A DNA stretch of 64,000 nt, taken from NCBI GenBank assembly GCA_038851075.1, contig JAWCLG010000002.1:32001-96000 (forward strand). Reading direction: 5' to 3'. How positions within the stretch are numbered: the stretch's first letter is position 1; each line of letters starts with the position of its first letter. A program made the position numbers and the translations under genes. Positions 1 to 10,517 of the stretch are shown piece after piece. Source of the DNA: Candidatus Hadarchaeales archaeon. GTDB lineage: Archaea; Hadarchaeota; Hadarchaeia; Hadarchaeales; Hadarchaeaceae. Under the pieces are notes generated by a model, which had not been told where the DNA came from, searched no databases, and worked only from the letters and a program-made list of their open reading frames with translations.

Positions 1-49
1 TGGAATGATAACGCTTATTCTGGGATTTTTCGGGACCGGATACACGGCA

Positions 50-1210
50 TCATCTCCTTCCCGACAGGAAGTTCTCATATGATTTTTCCACCTTTCGAGA
101 TATAACATTGAAGTCAAAGTGTTTTTCCACTCTTCTCCTCGATCTTACGGACAGGGTTTTTCTTTTCCTGGGATCTGAGAGAATGAAGTTAACGGCCCTA
201 GCAATCTCATCTGGATTCCCTGGCTTGACCAGTACGCCCGCGTCTCCGACTACCTCGGGTATTCCACCAACTTCAGTTGCAACAACAGGGGTTCCACATG
301 ACATCGCCTCTATGAGCACTATGCCAAAAGGCTCCCATAGGGACGGCAGAACAAATAGGTCGCTGGCTGAGTAGTACTCGACAAGTTTCTTCTCGCTGAT
401 AAACGTTGATATAAAAATTACTTTTCGCTCCACATTCTCCTTTTTTGCAAGTTCGGTGAGCCTACCAAGCTCAGGCCCTTTGCCGACCACTATCGCTCTG
501 AGGTCCCCCTCCACATCCTTCAGAGCCCTCACAAGGTTCTCGACTCCTTTCTGCTTCACCAGACGACAAACGGTTGTGATAATGAACTCGCACCCAAAAC
601 GGTCCTTTAGATCCGTCTTTATCCTCCTGAACTTTTCAGTGTCCACACCGTTGTAAATGACCTCAGTCCGGTCTCTTGGATAATCTTCTGGCACGGTCAC
701 TTCTAGGGTCCACCTGCTGTTTGCGATTATCCTGTCGGAGGCCCTCATTATGCGAACGCCTATCGCATCATCGAAAAGCTGCCCGAATGCGTCCACCTCT
801 GAAGATATTCCGGTCGGCCTGGCATTGTGCAGTGAAAGAAAAAGCGGTTTCCCAAGAGATTTCTTCCAGAAAGCAACCGATGAAAAATTAAGGAAAAATC
901 TGTTGTGGAGGTGTATTATGTCCGGGTCCTCCTCATGACATATTCTCTCAAGCTCGCTCCTGAAGCCCAGCGGAATTGAAAACGGCGGCGGCAGGAACGC
1001 GGGGAGCTTTTTAAGAACTATGCTCTTGATCCTGTGAACCTTTATCCCCTCAATTACCTCATTTTTCTTCGTCCCGGCAAGTCTGGATGTCAGCACGCTT
1101 ACGGAATGTTTCCTGGAGAGACGCCTGCAGAGCTCATAGAGATAGTTTTCCGTGCCTCCGGGGTAGGGGTAAAAAAATGGGTTTATGTGAAGCAACCTCA
1201 TGTACACCAT
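50..1210 (-). CDS. Glycosyltransferase family 4 (GT-B)
   Basis: N-terminal YPYPGGTE, NGVD, RLVKQKG and EPFGIVLIEAMSCGTPVV motifs typical of GT4. Confidence 0.93.
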   Translation of the reverse strand: MVYMRLLHINPFFYPYPGGTENYLYELCRRLSRKHSVSVLTSRLAGTKKNEVIEGIKVHRIKSIVLKKLPAFLPPPFSIPLGFRSELERICHEEDPDIIHLHNRFFLNFSSVAFWKKSLGKPLFLSLHNARPTGISSEVDAFGQLFDDAIGVRIMRASDRIIANSRWTLEVTVPEDYPRDRTEVIYNGVDTEKFRRIKTDLKDRFGCEFIITTVCRLVKQKGVENLVRALKDVEGDLRAIVVGKGPELGRLTELAKKENVERKVIFISTFISEKKLVEYYSASDLFVLPSLWEPFGIVLIEAMSCGTPVVATEVGGIPEVVGDAGVLVKPGNPDEIARAVNFILSDPRKRKTLSVRSRRRVEKHFDFNVISRKVEKSYENFLSGRR

Positions 1211-1238
1211 ATGATTTTTACTTGGGGAATAATAAAAG

Positions 1239-2267
1239 TCAACTTAACCTGTCTCCCCTCCAAGCTTTGAACCCCATCCTCGATATTGCAAGCGCCCCGG
1301 CGCAGGTACCGAACAGTAGGGTAATCGACCTGTCTATCAGTAGCGCGCTGAGCGCCAGCCCCTCCGGAACCTTGAACATCAGAAATACCGAAAGTATGGT
1401 CAGATCGACCGTACCTATCCCGCCAGGTAGAAGGGGAATAAGCCCTGCTATTGCCGGAAGAGTGAGTGCGAGCATCAGCATGGGGAGCTGCGGTGAATAG
1501 CCCAGCGCGGAGAAAACTGTCCAGAGGCGAAAGATACTGACGGCCCAAAGGAAAGAAGAAATGAGAGTCACGGCCGCAACGACCCTCAACCTTCCGAAGA
1601 CCAGATTCGCACCGGAGTAGAAATTATTCACAGAAACCGATATTTTTCTCCTGTCGGCCTTTCTGTGAAAAATCCTGAGGATGCGAACGTAGATCCCGAC
1701 AAATCTTCGGGATCCGATCCTGCGCCTCAAAAAAGCGGATATGCCGAACACGAAAAGAAATATCACCAATACCCATGAAACGGCTAAAAGAAACAGGATT
1801 TCGGCGGAGGTCAGGATGAAAGATGTCAGTATGCCAAACAGCAATAGGAAGGAGAAAAGAGGAATGTCGAGAAGCAGCTCGCTAACTATCGTCGCGGATG
1901 CGTGGGATGCGGGGACCTTTGATGTCCTGCTGAGAAGTATTGTTCTGGCGATCGGGTCTCCGCCAGCGTATGTCATGGGTGTTATGTTGTTCACGAATAT
2001 TCCGCTCAGCACCACCTGAAAAACATGGGACAGGGGGAGCCTGTGTCCCAGAGAAGAGAGCGTGTACCTCCACCTCGCAGACCAGCAAAAAACACCGAAG
2101 AAGTACACGCAAAGCGCCAGAATCACAAGCCGGTAATCTGCCTTCGACAGTGCGTTTATCATCCCAGAGATGTTCTCCCCGCTGAAAATCATGTAGACGA
2201 GCACACCGAACACGAGGATAAGCAGTAAAGGAACAAGAATCCTGCGCACTCGACTCGATTTGCCCAT
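1239..2267 (-). CDS. UPF0104 / lysylphosphatidylglycerol synthase TM-region (flippase-like) membrane protein
   Basis: Multi-TM; RW..L, FVNNITP..GGDP and LPGGIGTVD motifs; next to GT4. Confidence 0.85.
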   Translation of the reverse strand: MGKSSRVRRILVPLLLILVFGVLVYMIFSGENISGMINALSKADYRLVILALCVYFFGVFCWSARWRYTLSSLGHRLPLSHVFQVVLSGIFVNNITPMTYAGGDPIARTILLSRTSKVPASHASATIVSELLLDIPLFSFLLLFGILTSFILTSAEILFLLAVSWVLVIFLFVFGISAFLRRRIGSRRFVGIYVRILRIFHRKADRRKISVSVNNFYSGANLVFGRLRVVAAVTLISSFLWAVSIFRLWTVFSALGYSPQLPMLMLALTLPAIAGLIPLLPGGIGTVDLTILSVFLMFKVPEGLALSALLIDRSITLLFGTCAGALAISRMGFKAWRGDRLS

Positions 2268-2351
2268 GTAACTGCCAAATCATATTAAGTCACGGTAAAA
2301 AATAACTTCCATGAGGTATCTATTAATGAAAAACAGCCTAATCTTTTTCAT

Positions 2352-2543
2352 ATGCTCAGGGTGGACCTCAGAAAATGGGTAAGAAAAAACTGGAGCTACA
2401 TGGTGTCATGGATATCGATGGGGCTGGTTATGGTAATACTTCTGGCCAGAAAGATGGGATTTGAGCTGCTCGTTCTGATAGGTCCGTTTTTGCCCTATCT
2501 GGTCATCTGCCTGATCAGAATGAGAAGGGAGCTGAAAAAATGA
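2352..2543 (+). CDS. Small membrane protein, unknown function
   Basis: 63 aa, two hydrophobic helices, 4-nt ATGA overlap with next gene. Confidence 0.55.
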   Translation: MLRVDLRKWVRKNWSYMVSWISMGLVMVILLARKMGFELLVLIGPFLPYLVICLIRMRRELKK

Positions 2544-2983
2544 TCCTCGCACACATCACGATCCCAGTGATACTCCATGGAGCCTTCCCATACCTGAACC
2601 TGCTCGCCCTTCTGGTAGGGGCAAACTTCTCGAGCCTAGATGCGCTTCCGACCCTCATCAGAAAAAAGGTCCCGAAAAAACCGGTTGATGAAGCACACGC
2701 GGCAACCGTACTGCACACGCTTTTCTTCTTCGTCATGGCGTTCTTTCCAATTTTACCGGTATTTGGGCTACAGATCGCAATTTCATTCACCGTTGGCGGG
2801 TTTACGCATATACTCATCGATGCCTTGGACGAAAAGGGGAGGATGCTTCTCTACCCGATAAGTAAAAAGTTCTACGGCCCCAGGCTGTTCACCTACGATT
2901 TCTGGACCTACGTCACTGATAGAAAGATATTCGCGCTCGAAGCCACGCTCTTTCTGATTTCCTGCGTGGTGTTGCTTATCTAG
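2540..2983 (+). CDS. Membrane-bound metal-dependent hydrolase (YdjM/DUF457-like)
   Basis: N-terminal His, H...LHT and THILIDAL..KG..LLYP motifs. Confidence 0.7.
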   Translation: MILAHITIPVILHGAFPYLNLLALLVGANFSSLDALPTLIRKKVPKKPVDEAHAATVLHTLFFFVMAFFPILPVFGLQIAISFTVGGFTHILIDALDEKGRMLLYPISKKFYGPRLFTYDFWTYVTDRKIFALEATLFLISCVVLLI

Positions 2984-3025
2984 GATAACTGATACCTTAA
3001 AAAAACCAATGCCACAGTATGAAAC

Positions 3026-3187
3026 GTGGGAGAGAGAATAAATCCAAAGCTTCTCAGGATCATAGCGTGTCCGGTATGCAGGGCAGGGCTGAAGATTAAG
3101 AATAAAGAACTACAATGCAAAAAGTGCGGGCGCAGGTATCCGATTAAGGACGGCATACCTCAACTGCTGCCGGATGAACTCAGATGA
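3026..3187 (+). CDS. trm112: Trm112-family methyltransferase activator (not in ORF track)
   Basis: Manual translation VGERINPKLLRIIACPVCRAGLKIKNKELQCKKCGRRYPIKDGIPQLLPDELR* shows LL.I.ACPVC...C..CG..YPI.DGIP.LL signature; start GTG 3026 or ATA 3038. Confidence 0.88.
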   Translation: MGERINPKLLRIIACPVCRAGLKIKNKELQCKKCGRRYPIKDGIPQLLPDELR

Positions 3188-3596
3188 GCTCTACCACAAA
3201 ACTCAGCAAAGTATCCTTGCACCTTAATTTTTCAACAAATGGTCTCGAAAGGTTTCCAGATGACTTATCCGCTTTTATGGCGAGGGTTCTCCCGCAGATA
3301 TAGCTACTCTTTCTCACCACAATATCTGAAGGGTGAACCATTGTCAGGGAAGGATCACCATATGCGTGTACTGTCTCAGTCAAACCCCCAGCGGTCATTT
3401 TAATTCGAACCCCTTTTCCCCCAATTATCCCCCTCCTCAGCTCCTCTGGAAAATCATGAAATGATTTATCGGCACATACTCCAACGATACAATCTCCACG
3501 CGGGCCAACTTCTGGATCCTTGGTTATCATCAACGTTGTTCTGTGCCTCGCAGTTATGTTTGGATGCCCTCTTGCCCGAATAACTATCCTCTTCAT
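3180..3596 (-). CDS. DUF371 family protein
   Basis: ARGHPNITARHRTT..ITKD....RGDCIVGV.ADK, D.VVRKSSY.CGRTLAI.ADK; start trimmed to MKRIVIR. Confidence 0.85.
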   Translation of the reverse strand: MKRIVIRARGHPNITARHRTTLMITKDPEVGPRGDCIVGVCADKSFHDFPEELRRGIIGGKGVRIKMTAGGLTETVHAYGDPSLTMVHPSDIVVRKSSYICGRTLAIKADKSSGNLSRPFVEKLRCKDTLLSFVVELI

Positions 3597-3639
3597 CGGC
3601 TCAATTTTAAGTTTTGAAGTATAATTAAATACTGATGTA

Positions 3640-4293
3640 ATGTTTGATGAGGAAAAAGAAGAGCTGGTAAATAGACTGATAAACTGTGGATACCTGCGAA
3701 GCAAAAAAGTAATAGATGCATTCAGAAAGGTACCGAGGCATGAATTCGTGCATGAATCATTGAGAAACAGCGCCTACACCGACCAGCCCCTCCCGGTCGG
3801 CTACGGACAGACAATATCTGCACCGAGCATGATAGCAATAATGATGGAATCCCTAGATTTTAGAAAAAATCAAAGAGTTCTTGAGATAGGGACCGGATCG
3901 GGATACAATGCCGCCCTCATCGCCGAGGTGGTTGGAAAAAAAGGACTTGTTGTCACCATTGAAAGGATAAAGGAGCTTGCCAAACGCGCGGAACAAACAT
4001 TAGCCGATACCGGCTATGAGAATGTGAGAGTCTTGGTCGGTGACGGAACATGCGGATACGAGGACGGAGCTCCATGGGACAGGATAATCGTCACGGCGTG
4101 CGCTCCGAGAATCCCGCAACCGCTCGTAAAACAGCTGGCAGACCGCGGAAAGATAGGCGTGCCTGTCGGAGAACAATATGCGATGCAGACCTGGACTGTC
4201 GGCGAGAAAAAAAGCGGAGAACTAAAAATTTCGGAACACGGCGGCTGCTCTTTTGTGCCGCTTGTTGGAAAATATGGATGGCCTGAGGAGTGA
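3640..4293 (+). CDS. pcm: Protein-L-isoaspartate O-methyltransferase
   Basis: VPRHEFV, AY.DQPLP.GYGQTISAP, LEIGTGSGYNAA. Confidence 0.96.
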   Translation: MFDEEKEELVNRLINCGYLRSKKVIDAFRKVPRHEFVHESLRNSAYTDQPLPVGYGQTISAPSMIAIMMESLDFRKNQRVLEIGTGSGYNAALIAEVVGKKGLVVTIERIKELAKRAEQTLADTGYENVRVLVGDGTCGYEDGAPWDRIIVTACAPRIPQPLVKQLADRGKIGVPVGEQYAMQTWTVGEKKSGELKISEHGGCSFVPLVGKYGWPEE

Positions 4294-4295
4294 TA

Positions 4296-5303
4296 CTACC
4301 CGAACCATCTGTCAAGGGAAGCCTGAGAGACGTTTGCCCTGCCTTTTATCAGTTTTTCTATCCCGCCCTGAACTCTAGACTCCGAAAAATCGTACTCATC
4401 GCATAAAAACTTTTTAATTCCCTCAGGGTCCGGGTTCGTCCACCTGATTGCATAGTCCTGGGTCACTGCGGGTTTCAGAAATATGTTTCTGACTTCGGCT
4501 GGGTCCACTTCAAACTCCATTTCATCTGTGAACCCTCCTCCCTTGACCAGCTCAAGTGCCTTCTTAGGGCCTATTCCCTTTATCCCGGAATTATAATCCG
4601 TGCCGACAAGTATCCCTATATCGACCAGCTGATCTCGTGTGATACCAAGTCCCCTCAGCATTTCACTGAGATCCACTACCTCAGGCTGAACTTCAATGTA
4701 AACGTCCTTTCCAGGAAGTTTTCTGCGTCCTGTCATCGCGAGATTTCTAACGAGCACGGGTGAACCGAACAGCAACGCGTCAAAGTCCTGGCTTGCAACC
4801 GCCCATGCATCCCCCCTGATAACAAGATATGCTGCCTGTGCCTCGCCCTCCCCCGGGGCCTGCACCCAGGGAATCCCCATGTATTCCAGAAGCTCCTTTG
4901 TCTGCTCAACCATTACTCTGTCAACCCTAGCGGATCTCTGAGCGAATTTTCTCGCATCCTCTATTCTCCCCTCGACCACCGCCCTGGACCACTCCTCCGC
5001 GGCCTTCTCCCTGCCAGCCCTTCGTTCCTCTACTGTCTTCATCTTTAGCTTCGGAGGCTCACCATCGAAAACGTAAACCGGAAGTATTCCTGCCTCGACC
5101 AGATTGGAGGTCCTGTAAAAAACACCTGATAGATGGGAAGTTATCCTGCCCTTTGAATCCCTGAGAAGCTCGCCGTCTCTCTGTCTTATGATGGAAAGGA
5201 ACTGGTACAGGAAGTTCATGGCGTCCACAGCTATTTTCTTACCCCTCAGCTCATCTATGCTGACTCTCTTTTTAGGAACGATGTCTCCAATCTGTACGCC
5301 CAT
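4296..5303 (-). CDS. fen: Flap endonuclease 1
   Basis: MGVQIGD start, YQFLSIIRQRDG, GEGEAQAA, SQDFD, GTDYN, C-terminal PIP box QASLDRWF. Confidence 0.97.
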   Translation of the reverse strand: MGVQIGDIVPKKRVSIDELRGKKIAVDAMNFLYQFLSIIRQRDGELLRDSKGRITSHLSGVFYRTSNLVEAGILPVYVFDGEPPKLKMKTVEERRAGREKAAEEWSRAVVEGRIEDARKFAQRSARVDRVMVEQTKELLEYMGIPWVQAPGEGEAQAAYLVIRGDAWAVASQDFDALLFGSPVLVRNLAMTGRRKLPGKDVYIEVQPEVVDLSEMLRGLGITRDQLVDIGILVGTDYNSGIKGIGPKKALELVKGGGFTDEMEFEVDPAEVRNIFLKPAVTQDYAIRWTNPDPEGIKKFLCDEYDFSESRVQGGIEKLIKGRANVSQASLDRWFG

Positions 5304-5352
5304 CCTTACCAGTAGAATAATCGTGCGGACTATTTTAAAAATCGGGGGCTGA

Positions 5353-5577
5353 TCAGCTCAAAGCCTGCCTCTTTTCCCCAGGTAGCCTTCTCACTACAGT
5401 TATTGGAATGGCATCTTTTTCGAACTCCATCAGCGCGATCTCTATGGGGTCCGTACAGCCTTCAGGGATGTCCACAAGCACCGGGGCCCCCATGGATATC
5501 TGAAGCGCTCTTGCTCCAACTATTCTCGCCTTTTCATAACGGGTGTACTTTTTAGCCGCAAGAGGATTTGGAAAAAT
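5353..5577 (-). CDS. rpoK: DNA-directed RNA polymerase subunit K (Rpo6); no canonical start codon (not in ORF track)
   Basis: Manual translation [58 protein letters not shown]; start uncertain (ATT at 5577 assumed). Confidence 0.9.
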   Translation of the reverse strand: MFPNPLAAKKYTRYEKARIVGARALQISMGAPVLVDIPEGCTDPIEIALMEFEKDAIPITVVRRLPGEKRQALS

Positions 5578-5592
5578 AAAAGGACCCCCGGA

Positions 5593-7230
5593 TCACATTC
5601 CAGAAGGCATGCCTCCCTCTGCAGGGGCCTTGCCTCCTTCCTTCTCAAGCTTACTCGCGGCGATTACGTCATCTATGCGAAGGATCATTTCAGATACCTC
5701 GCTTGCGGATTTTATCGCTTGAATCTTCACTCTCATGGGCTCCACGATGCCGCCTTCCAGCGTGTTCATGGTTTTTCCGCTCACCACGTCGAGCCCAATG
5801 TGCTTTCCGTCACGTTTTTCGTGAGCTGCCCTCAAATCCATAATAACATCTATTGGATCCAGCCCGGCATTCTCGGCGAGGGTTCTGGGTATCACCTCCA
5901 TGGCCTCCGCGAAAGCGTTGACAGCCAGCGCCTCCCTTCCCCCGACAGTTTCAGCGTACTCCCTCAGGCCCTTCGCCACCTCAACCTCAACTGCACCTCC
6001 GCCGGGGACTATCTTTCCGTCCTCTATGGCTGCGGACACGACGGAAAGTCCATCATGAACTGCCCTTTCCATCTCATCCACCACGTGCTCGGTGCCTCCT
6101 CTGACAAGGATACTCACGGACTTTGGATCCTTGCATCCCTCAACAAATATCATCTCCTCACCGGAGATCTTCCGCTCCTCCACCAGGTCTGCGGTGCCAA
6201 GATCGGATGACGAGAGGTCTCGGATGTTTGTCACTATTTTTCCACCTGTAGCCCGGGCAAGCTTCTCCATGTCACTGTCCTTCACCCTTCTGGCAGCCAT
6301 TATGCCTGCCTTTGCTAGAAAATGCTGCGCCACGTCATCAATTCCCTTCTGGCAGAACACGACATTTGCCCCAGTACCCTTTATCTTGTCAACCATCTCC
6401 CTCAGCATCTTGCGCTCCTCTTCGAGGAAATTGCGGAGCTGCTCTGGGTCCGTGATGTTTATCTTTGCATCCGTTTCTGTCTCCTTGACCTCTAGAGACA
6501 TGTTCAGCAGAGCTATCCTCGCGTTTTCTACCTTTCTGGGCATTCCAGGATGTACCACGTCTTTATCCAGTATGATCCCCTGTATGAGCTGAGAGTCCCC
6601 TGTGCTTCCTCCAGTTTTTTTCTCTATCTTTATGTTGTCGATGTCGGCCTCAACTTTACCGTCCACTTTCTCGACTATCTGCTTCACGGCCATGACGCAG
6701 AGTTCTGCCAGCTTTTCCCCTCTTATCTCCGATCCCTTGCTGCTGAGCGAAGTTACCGCGATCTGCTTCAGTATTTTATCATCACCGGGCGTTATCGTCT
6801 TTGCTATTCTCTCGACTATCTCGCGGGCTTTTTCCGCGGCAAGCTTGTATCCTGATGTTACCACGGTAGGATGAATGTCCTGATCCAGCAGCTCCTCTGA
6901 TTTTTTGAGCAGCTCTCCTGCCAGCACCACGGCCGTAGTTGTCCCGTCCCCGACCTCGTTCTCCTGTGACTTTGAAACCTCAACCATCATCTTGGCGGCT
7001 GGATGCTCAACATCCATTGATTTCAGTATGGTCACTCCGTCATTAGTAATCGTGACATCACCGAGATTGTCTACAAGCATCTTATCCATTCCACGCGGCC
7101 CCAGGGTCGTTCTGACTGCCTCCGCAATGACACGGGCGGCCATTATGTTCATGCGCTGGGCATCGCGCCCTAGGTACCTCTGCACCTTCTCAGGCAATAT
7201 CAACACTGGCTGTCCACCCAACTGAGTCAA
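5593..7230 (-). CDS. ths: Thermosome (group II chaperonin) subunit
   Basis: [32 protein letters not shown] motifs. Confidence 0.97.
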   Translation of the reverse strand: MTQLGGQPVLILPEKVQRYLGRDAQRMNIMAARVIAEAVRTTLGPRGMDKMLVDNLGDVTITNDGVTILKSMDVEHPAAKMMVEVSKSQENEVGDGTTTAVVLAGELLKKSEELLDQDIHPTVVTSGYKLAAEKAREIVERIAKTITPGDDKILKQIAVTSLSSKGSEIRGEKLAELCVMAVKQIVEKVDGKVEADIDNIKIEKKTGGSTGDSQLIQGIILDKDVVHPGMPRKVENARIALLNMSLEVKETETDAKINITDPEQLRNFLEEERKMLREMVDKIKGTGANVVFCQKGIDDVAQHFLAKAGIMAARRVKDSDMEKLARATGGKIVTNIRDLSSSDLGTADLVEERKISGEEMIFVEGCKDPKSVSILVRGGTEHVVDEMERAVHDGLSVVSAAIEDGKIVPGGGAVEVEVAKGLREYAETVGGREALAVNAFAEAMEVIPRTLAENAGLDPIDVIMDLRAAHEKRDGKHIGLDVVSGKTMNTLEGGIVEPMRVKIQAIKSASEVSEMILRIDDVIAASKLEKEGGKAPAEGGMPSGM

Positions 7231-7315
7231 GTTAATCCCCCACAGCTCTTACCAAGTATCACGGCTATCTCTTATATACGCATTTATTTATGAATTTTTT
7301 TGAGGTATAAAAATT

Positions 7316-8908
7316 TTACGCCTCTTTTTTAATTTCCCTTACCTGCTGGATGAACTTCCTGTACTCCTCCCCGTCCTTCAATCTCTCAATGTCCCTTCTA
7401 TAGAGATCTGACTTGAGGCTTTTGCCAGTCTTCTTTTCCCACTCATCAAACGATATCCCCTGGCTCTTCTGATCCCTGTCCCTGTACCAGTCGGGGATGA
7501 CGTTGAAGGCGCAGAAGGGCACCACCCTCTTATCAGTCATCACATAGTGTATACAGCAGCGCTTCACTCTCTCTATGTCATAGTTGTAAAGATCCATGAA
7601 GTGCATCATCCCTATGAAGAGCGTTTTCATGTGGAACTTTCCGAGGGCGTCATAGTTGTGCCTGATTATAACGTCCAGGATAAGTCTGCCAACGTCAAGA
7701 TCTTTTGGCTTGTTTTTCTTATCTATGAACTTCCCGATGCTGGAGAGTATCTTCATGCCAACCAGCGCCCTGCCCTTCCCCCTTCTCAATTCATCCGCTT
7801 TTTCATCAAGATACTCTAGGAAGCCCTCCACATCGATAAACCTGGTGATCGGAATCACCCTTTCACCGTCCTTGAAAAGATAAGTGGCGGCGCCGCAGGC
7901 GAAATGGCTGCTCATATCATACATGGTCTTTCCGGTGAAAGCCTCAAGGAAACCGCTTATCACCATTGCTGCAGGAACCGGGAAGAAGTCCTCAACCGAT
8001 ATCTCCCCACCTGTCTGTTCCTCAAGCTTACCAAGCACATCCGGAATCGTTATCCTGTACTTTTCTCTCTCCTCACGGGGCATCCTTCCGACGAGTGAGA
8101 CGGGCTGAAAGTTGACCCCTCTGACCACATCAATATTTTTCAGACCAAACCTGACTATGTCTCCGATCTCATCGTCGTTAACGGACCTTATCACGGTCGG
8201 AACTAACACCACTCCCATTCCAGCACTTTTGCAGTGCTCTAGAAGATACGGAACCTCCCAGTGGTTTTTTGGATTGCTCTTCTCCGTCAGCCCGTCAAAA
8301 CTCAGGTAAAGCGTGTTCACTCCTGCCTCCCTCACTCTCCTCAGGAGCTCTGGGTCATGCGAAAGCCTTATCCCGTTCGTGTTGAGCTGAATATGATCGA
8401 TTTTGTGCTTTTTTATTAATTTTATGATCTCAACTATATCCTCCCTCAAACACGGCTCACCGCCGGTTATCTGCACGGCGTTGCAAGGGATGGGCCTCTC
8501 ATCCCTGAGTGTCTCCACCATTTCCTCTATCTGGTCTATGGTGGGCTCGTAGATGTAACCAGCGCGACCTGAGTAGAAAAAACAGTACCAGCAGGCAAGG
8601 TCACAGCGGTTGGTCACCACTATATTTGCTAGGGCTGTGTGGCTTTTGTGCATCGTGCAAAGGCCGCAATCCTTTGGGCATACCGGGTCGCTCTTTGTAA
8701 CCTGCGGATTTTCCACCCCCTTTCCATCCCTGGCGTACCTCTTCGCCCTCTCGTACCATTTCATCGAGCCGAAGTACAGCTCCTCGAATTCACCGTGATC
8801 CGAACATGTCTTCTTTATCCAGACCCTGCCATCCCTCCCGAATACCGTTGCAGGGACTATCTTCAAGCACTCTGGGCATACAGACTCCGTTTTTGCGAGT
8901 TCTTCCAT
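7316..8908 (-). CDS. tes: Tetraether lipid synthase (Tes / GDGT-MAS, MJ0619 family) radical SAM
   Basis: N-terminal CPEC..C..HG, CP.DCGLC..H, radical SAM CDLACWYC, C-terminal CCIHY...VPFC; divergent from carS. Confidence 0.85.
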   Translation of the reverse strand: MEELAKTESVCPECLKIVPATVFGRDGRVWIKKTCSDHGEFEELYFGSMKWYERAKRYARDGKGVENPQVTKSDPVCPKDCGLCTMHKSHTALANIVVTNRCDLACWYCFFYSGRAGYIYEPTIDQIEEMVETLRDERPIPCNAVQITGGEPCLREDIVEIIKLIKKHKIDHIQLNTNGIRLSHDPELLRRVREAGVNTLYLSFDGLTEKSNPKNHWEVPYLLEHCKSAGMGVVLVPTVIRSVNDDEIGDIVRFGLKNIDVVRGVNFQPVSLVGRMPREEREKYRITIPDVLGKLEEQTGGEISVEDFFPVPAAMVISGFLEAFTGKTMYDMSSHFACGAATYLFKDGERVIPITRFIDVEGFLEYLDEKADELRRGKGRALVGMKILSSIGKFIDKKNKPKDLDVGRLILDVIIRHNYDALGKFHMKTLFIGMMHFMDLYNYDIERVKRCCIHYVMTDKRVVPFCAFNVIPDWYRDRDQKSQGISFDEWEKKTGKSLKSDLYRRDIERLKDGEEYRKFIQQVREIKKEA

Positions 8909-9016
8909 GCTTCCACTGATTTTATCACTGGGGCGCTGATTTTAATCCTATCGTAGGCCCGATAACCGGCTGGCGGGTATTTTTAGATGTATGCTCCATC
9001 ATTTTTGAGGTAGCGC

Positions 9017-9523
9017 ATGTGCGATGAGCTGGGAGGACTCATCTGCCGGGCAATATGGTTCATACTGCCTGCCTACGTCGCAAATGCTTCACCGGTCATT
9101 CTCGGAGGTGGGAGAGCAGTTGACGGCGGAAAAAAGATGAGGGACGGGCGTCCGATATTCGGCCCCGGCAAGACCATCAGAGGCATTGTCGGAGGCATGG
9201 CGGCCGGAACGGTAACTGGAATTATACAGGCGCTGCTCACGTCTTCTTCGCAATACATCCTGGTGGCGATTCTGCTCTCGGCGGGCGCGCTTATCGGTGA
9301 TCTTTTAGGAAGCTTCATAAAGAGGAGGCTGAACATACCTCGGGGAGGAGCCGCGCCGCTTCTTGATCAGCTTGGGTTCGTTATATTTGCCATTCTCATC
9401 GCAAGTCCATTTATGTTCCCTGGATGGGAAGCGGTGGTGATCATCATGCTCATCACTCCGCCGCTCCATCTCGCCACAAACTTCATCGGGTACAAAATGG
9501 GGGTAAAGAGCAGACCATACTAG
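9017..9523 (+). CDS. carS: CDP-archaeol synthase (DUF46)
   Basis: PAYVANASPV..GG...D.G....DG..IFGPGKT.RG, GDLLGSFIKRRL...RG...P.LDQL. Confidence 0.93.
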   Translation: MCDELGGLICRAIWFILPAYVANASPVILGGGRAVDGGKKMRDGRPIFGPGKTIRGIVGGMAAGTVTGIIQALLTSSSQYILVAILLSAGALIGDLLGSFIKRRLNIPRGGAAPLLDQLGFVIFAILIASPFMFPGWEAVVIIMLITPPLHLATNFIGYKMGVKSRPY

Positions 9524-10498
9524 GTGTGGTGTTTGAGGAGATATGATCTATTTGGCATCGGGACCGCGCTCGTGGACTCCGTTGCAAAGGTCGGGGATGA
9601 CTTCATAAAAAAACTGGGATTAAAAAAAGAGGCCACGAACTATGTGACCCGCGATAGGCTGAACGAAATTCTAGGGGATCTCGGCAGCTCACTATTTTCC
9701 TGGCCCGGCGACAACGCCAGAAATGTCTGCGAGGGAATCGCGTTTATGGGCGGGAAAGCTGCATATGCTGGACGCATTGGCGGGGATCAGGAGGGCGTGT
9801 TTTTTGAAAAGGTGCTCAAACGCCTGGGAATAGAGTCGTTTCTAGAAGTCGGTCCTGGAAAGACTGGAAGAATAATAACTCTCGTTACGCCGGATATGTG
9901 CAGGACTTTCGTGGCTGACCTCGGCAATGGAAACGGCTACTCCTCGGTTCCAGAATACGGGATAAAAAGCTCAAAATATCTGTTTCTCACATCAATAACA
10001 ATGCTGAACGGTAAGATCTCAGAAGTCGCGGAAAAAGCCTTGGATATTGCCAAAAAATCTGGAGTTTCCGTTTCGATCTCGCTGGAGAGCGCACCTATGA
10101 TACTGGAGAACAGAGAACGTCTTGTCTCTGAGGTCGCTAAGTCTGATGTTCTATTCGGGAACGAGATGGAGATATCGGCGCTAACCGGGATGGGCGCTGA
10201 GAATGGCGCAAAAAAACTTGCCAGAAGGATACCCATCATATGTCTGAAAATGGGTGAAAGAGGATCTAAAATATTCTCAGGAGGACGCATAATTTCCGTA
10301 CCACCGCACCCGGCATCTGTCAGAGACCCTACTGGTGCCGGAGATTATTACGCCGCGGGCTTCATATTCGGAATGATTAGGGGGAAAACAGTTGAGGAAT
10401 GCGGAGAGATGGGGGCAAAGCTGGCATCTATGGCTATAGAAAACCTGTGCGCCACTCTGACTGAAAGAGAGGACCACGATATTTATCCAATAAATTGA
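9524..10498 (+). CDS. PfkB-family carbohydrate/nucleoside kinase (adenosine kinase-like)
   Basis: GIGTALVD, FGNEME, DPTGAGDYYAAGF. Confidence 0.88.
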   Translation: MWCLRRYDLFGIGTALVDSVAKVGDDFIKKLGLKKEATNYVTRDRLNEILGDLGSSLFSWPGDNARNVCEGIAFMGGKAAYAGRIGGDQEGVFFEKVLKRLGIESFLEVGPGKTGRIITLVTPDMCRTFVADLGNGNGYSSVPEYGIKSSKYLFLTSITMLNGKISEVAEKALDIAKKSGVSVSISLESAPMILENRERLVSEVAKSDVLFGNEMEISALTGMGAENGAKKLARRIPIICLKMGERGSKIFSGGRIISVPPHPASVRDPTGAGDYYAAGFIFGMIRGKTVEECGEMGAKLASMAIENLCATLTEREDHDIYPIN

Positions 10499-10517
10499 CA
10501 GTATTATATGGTGAAAC

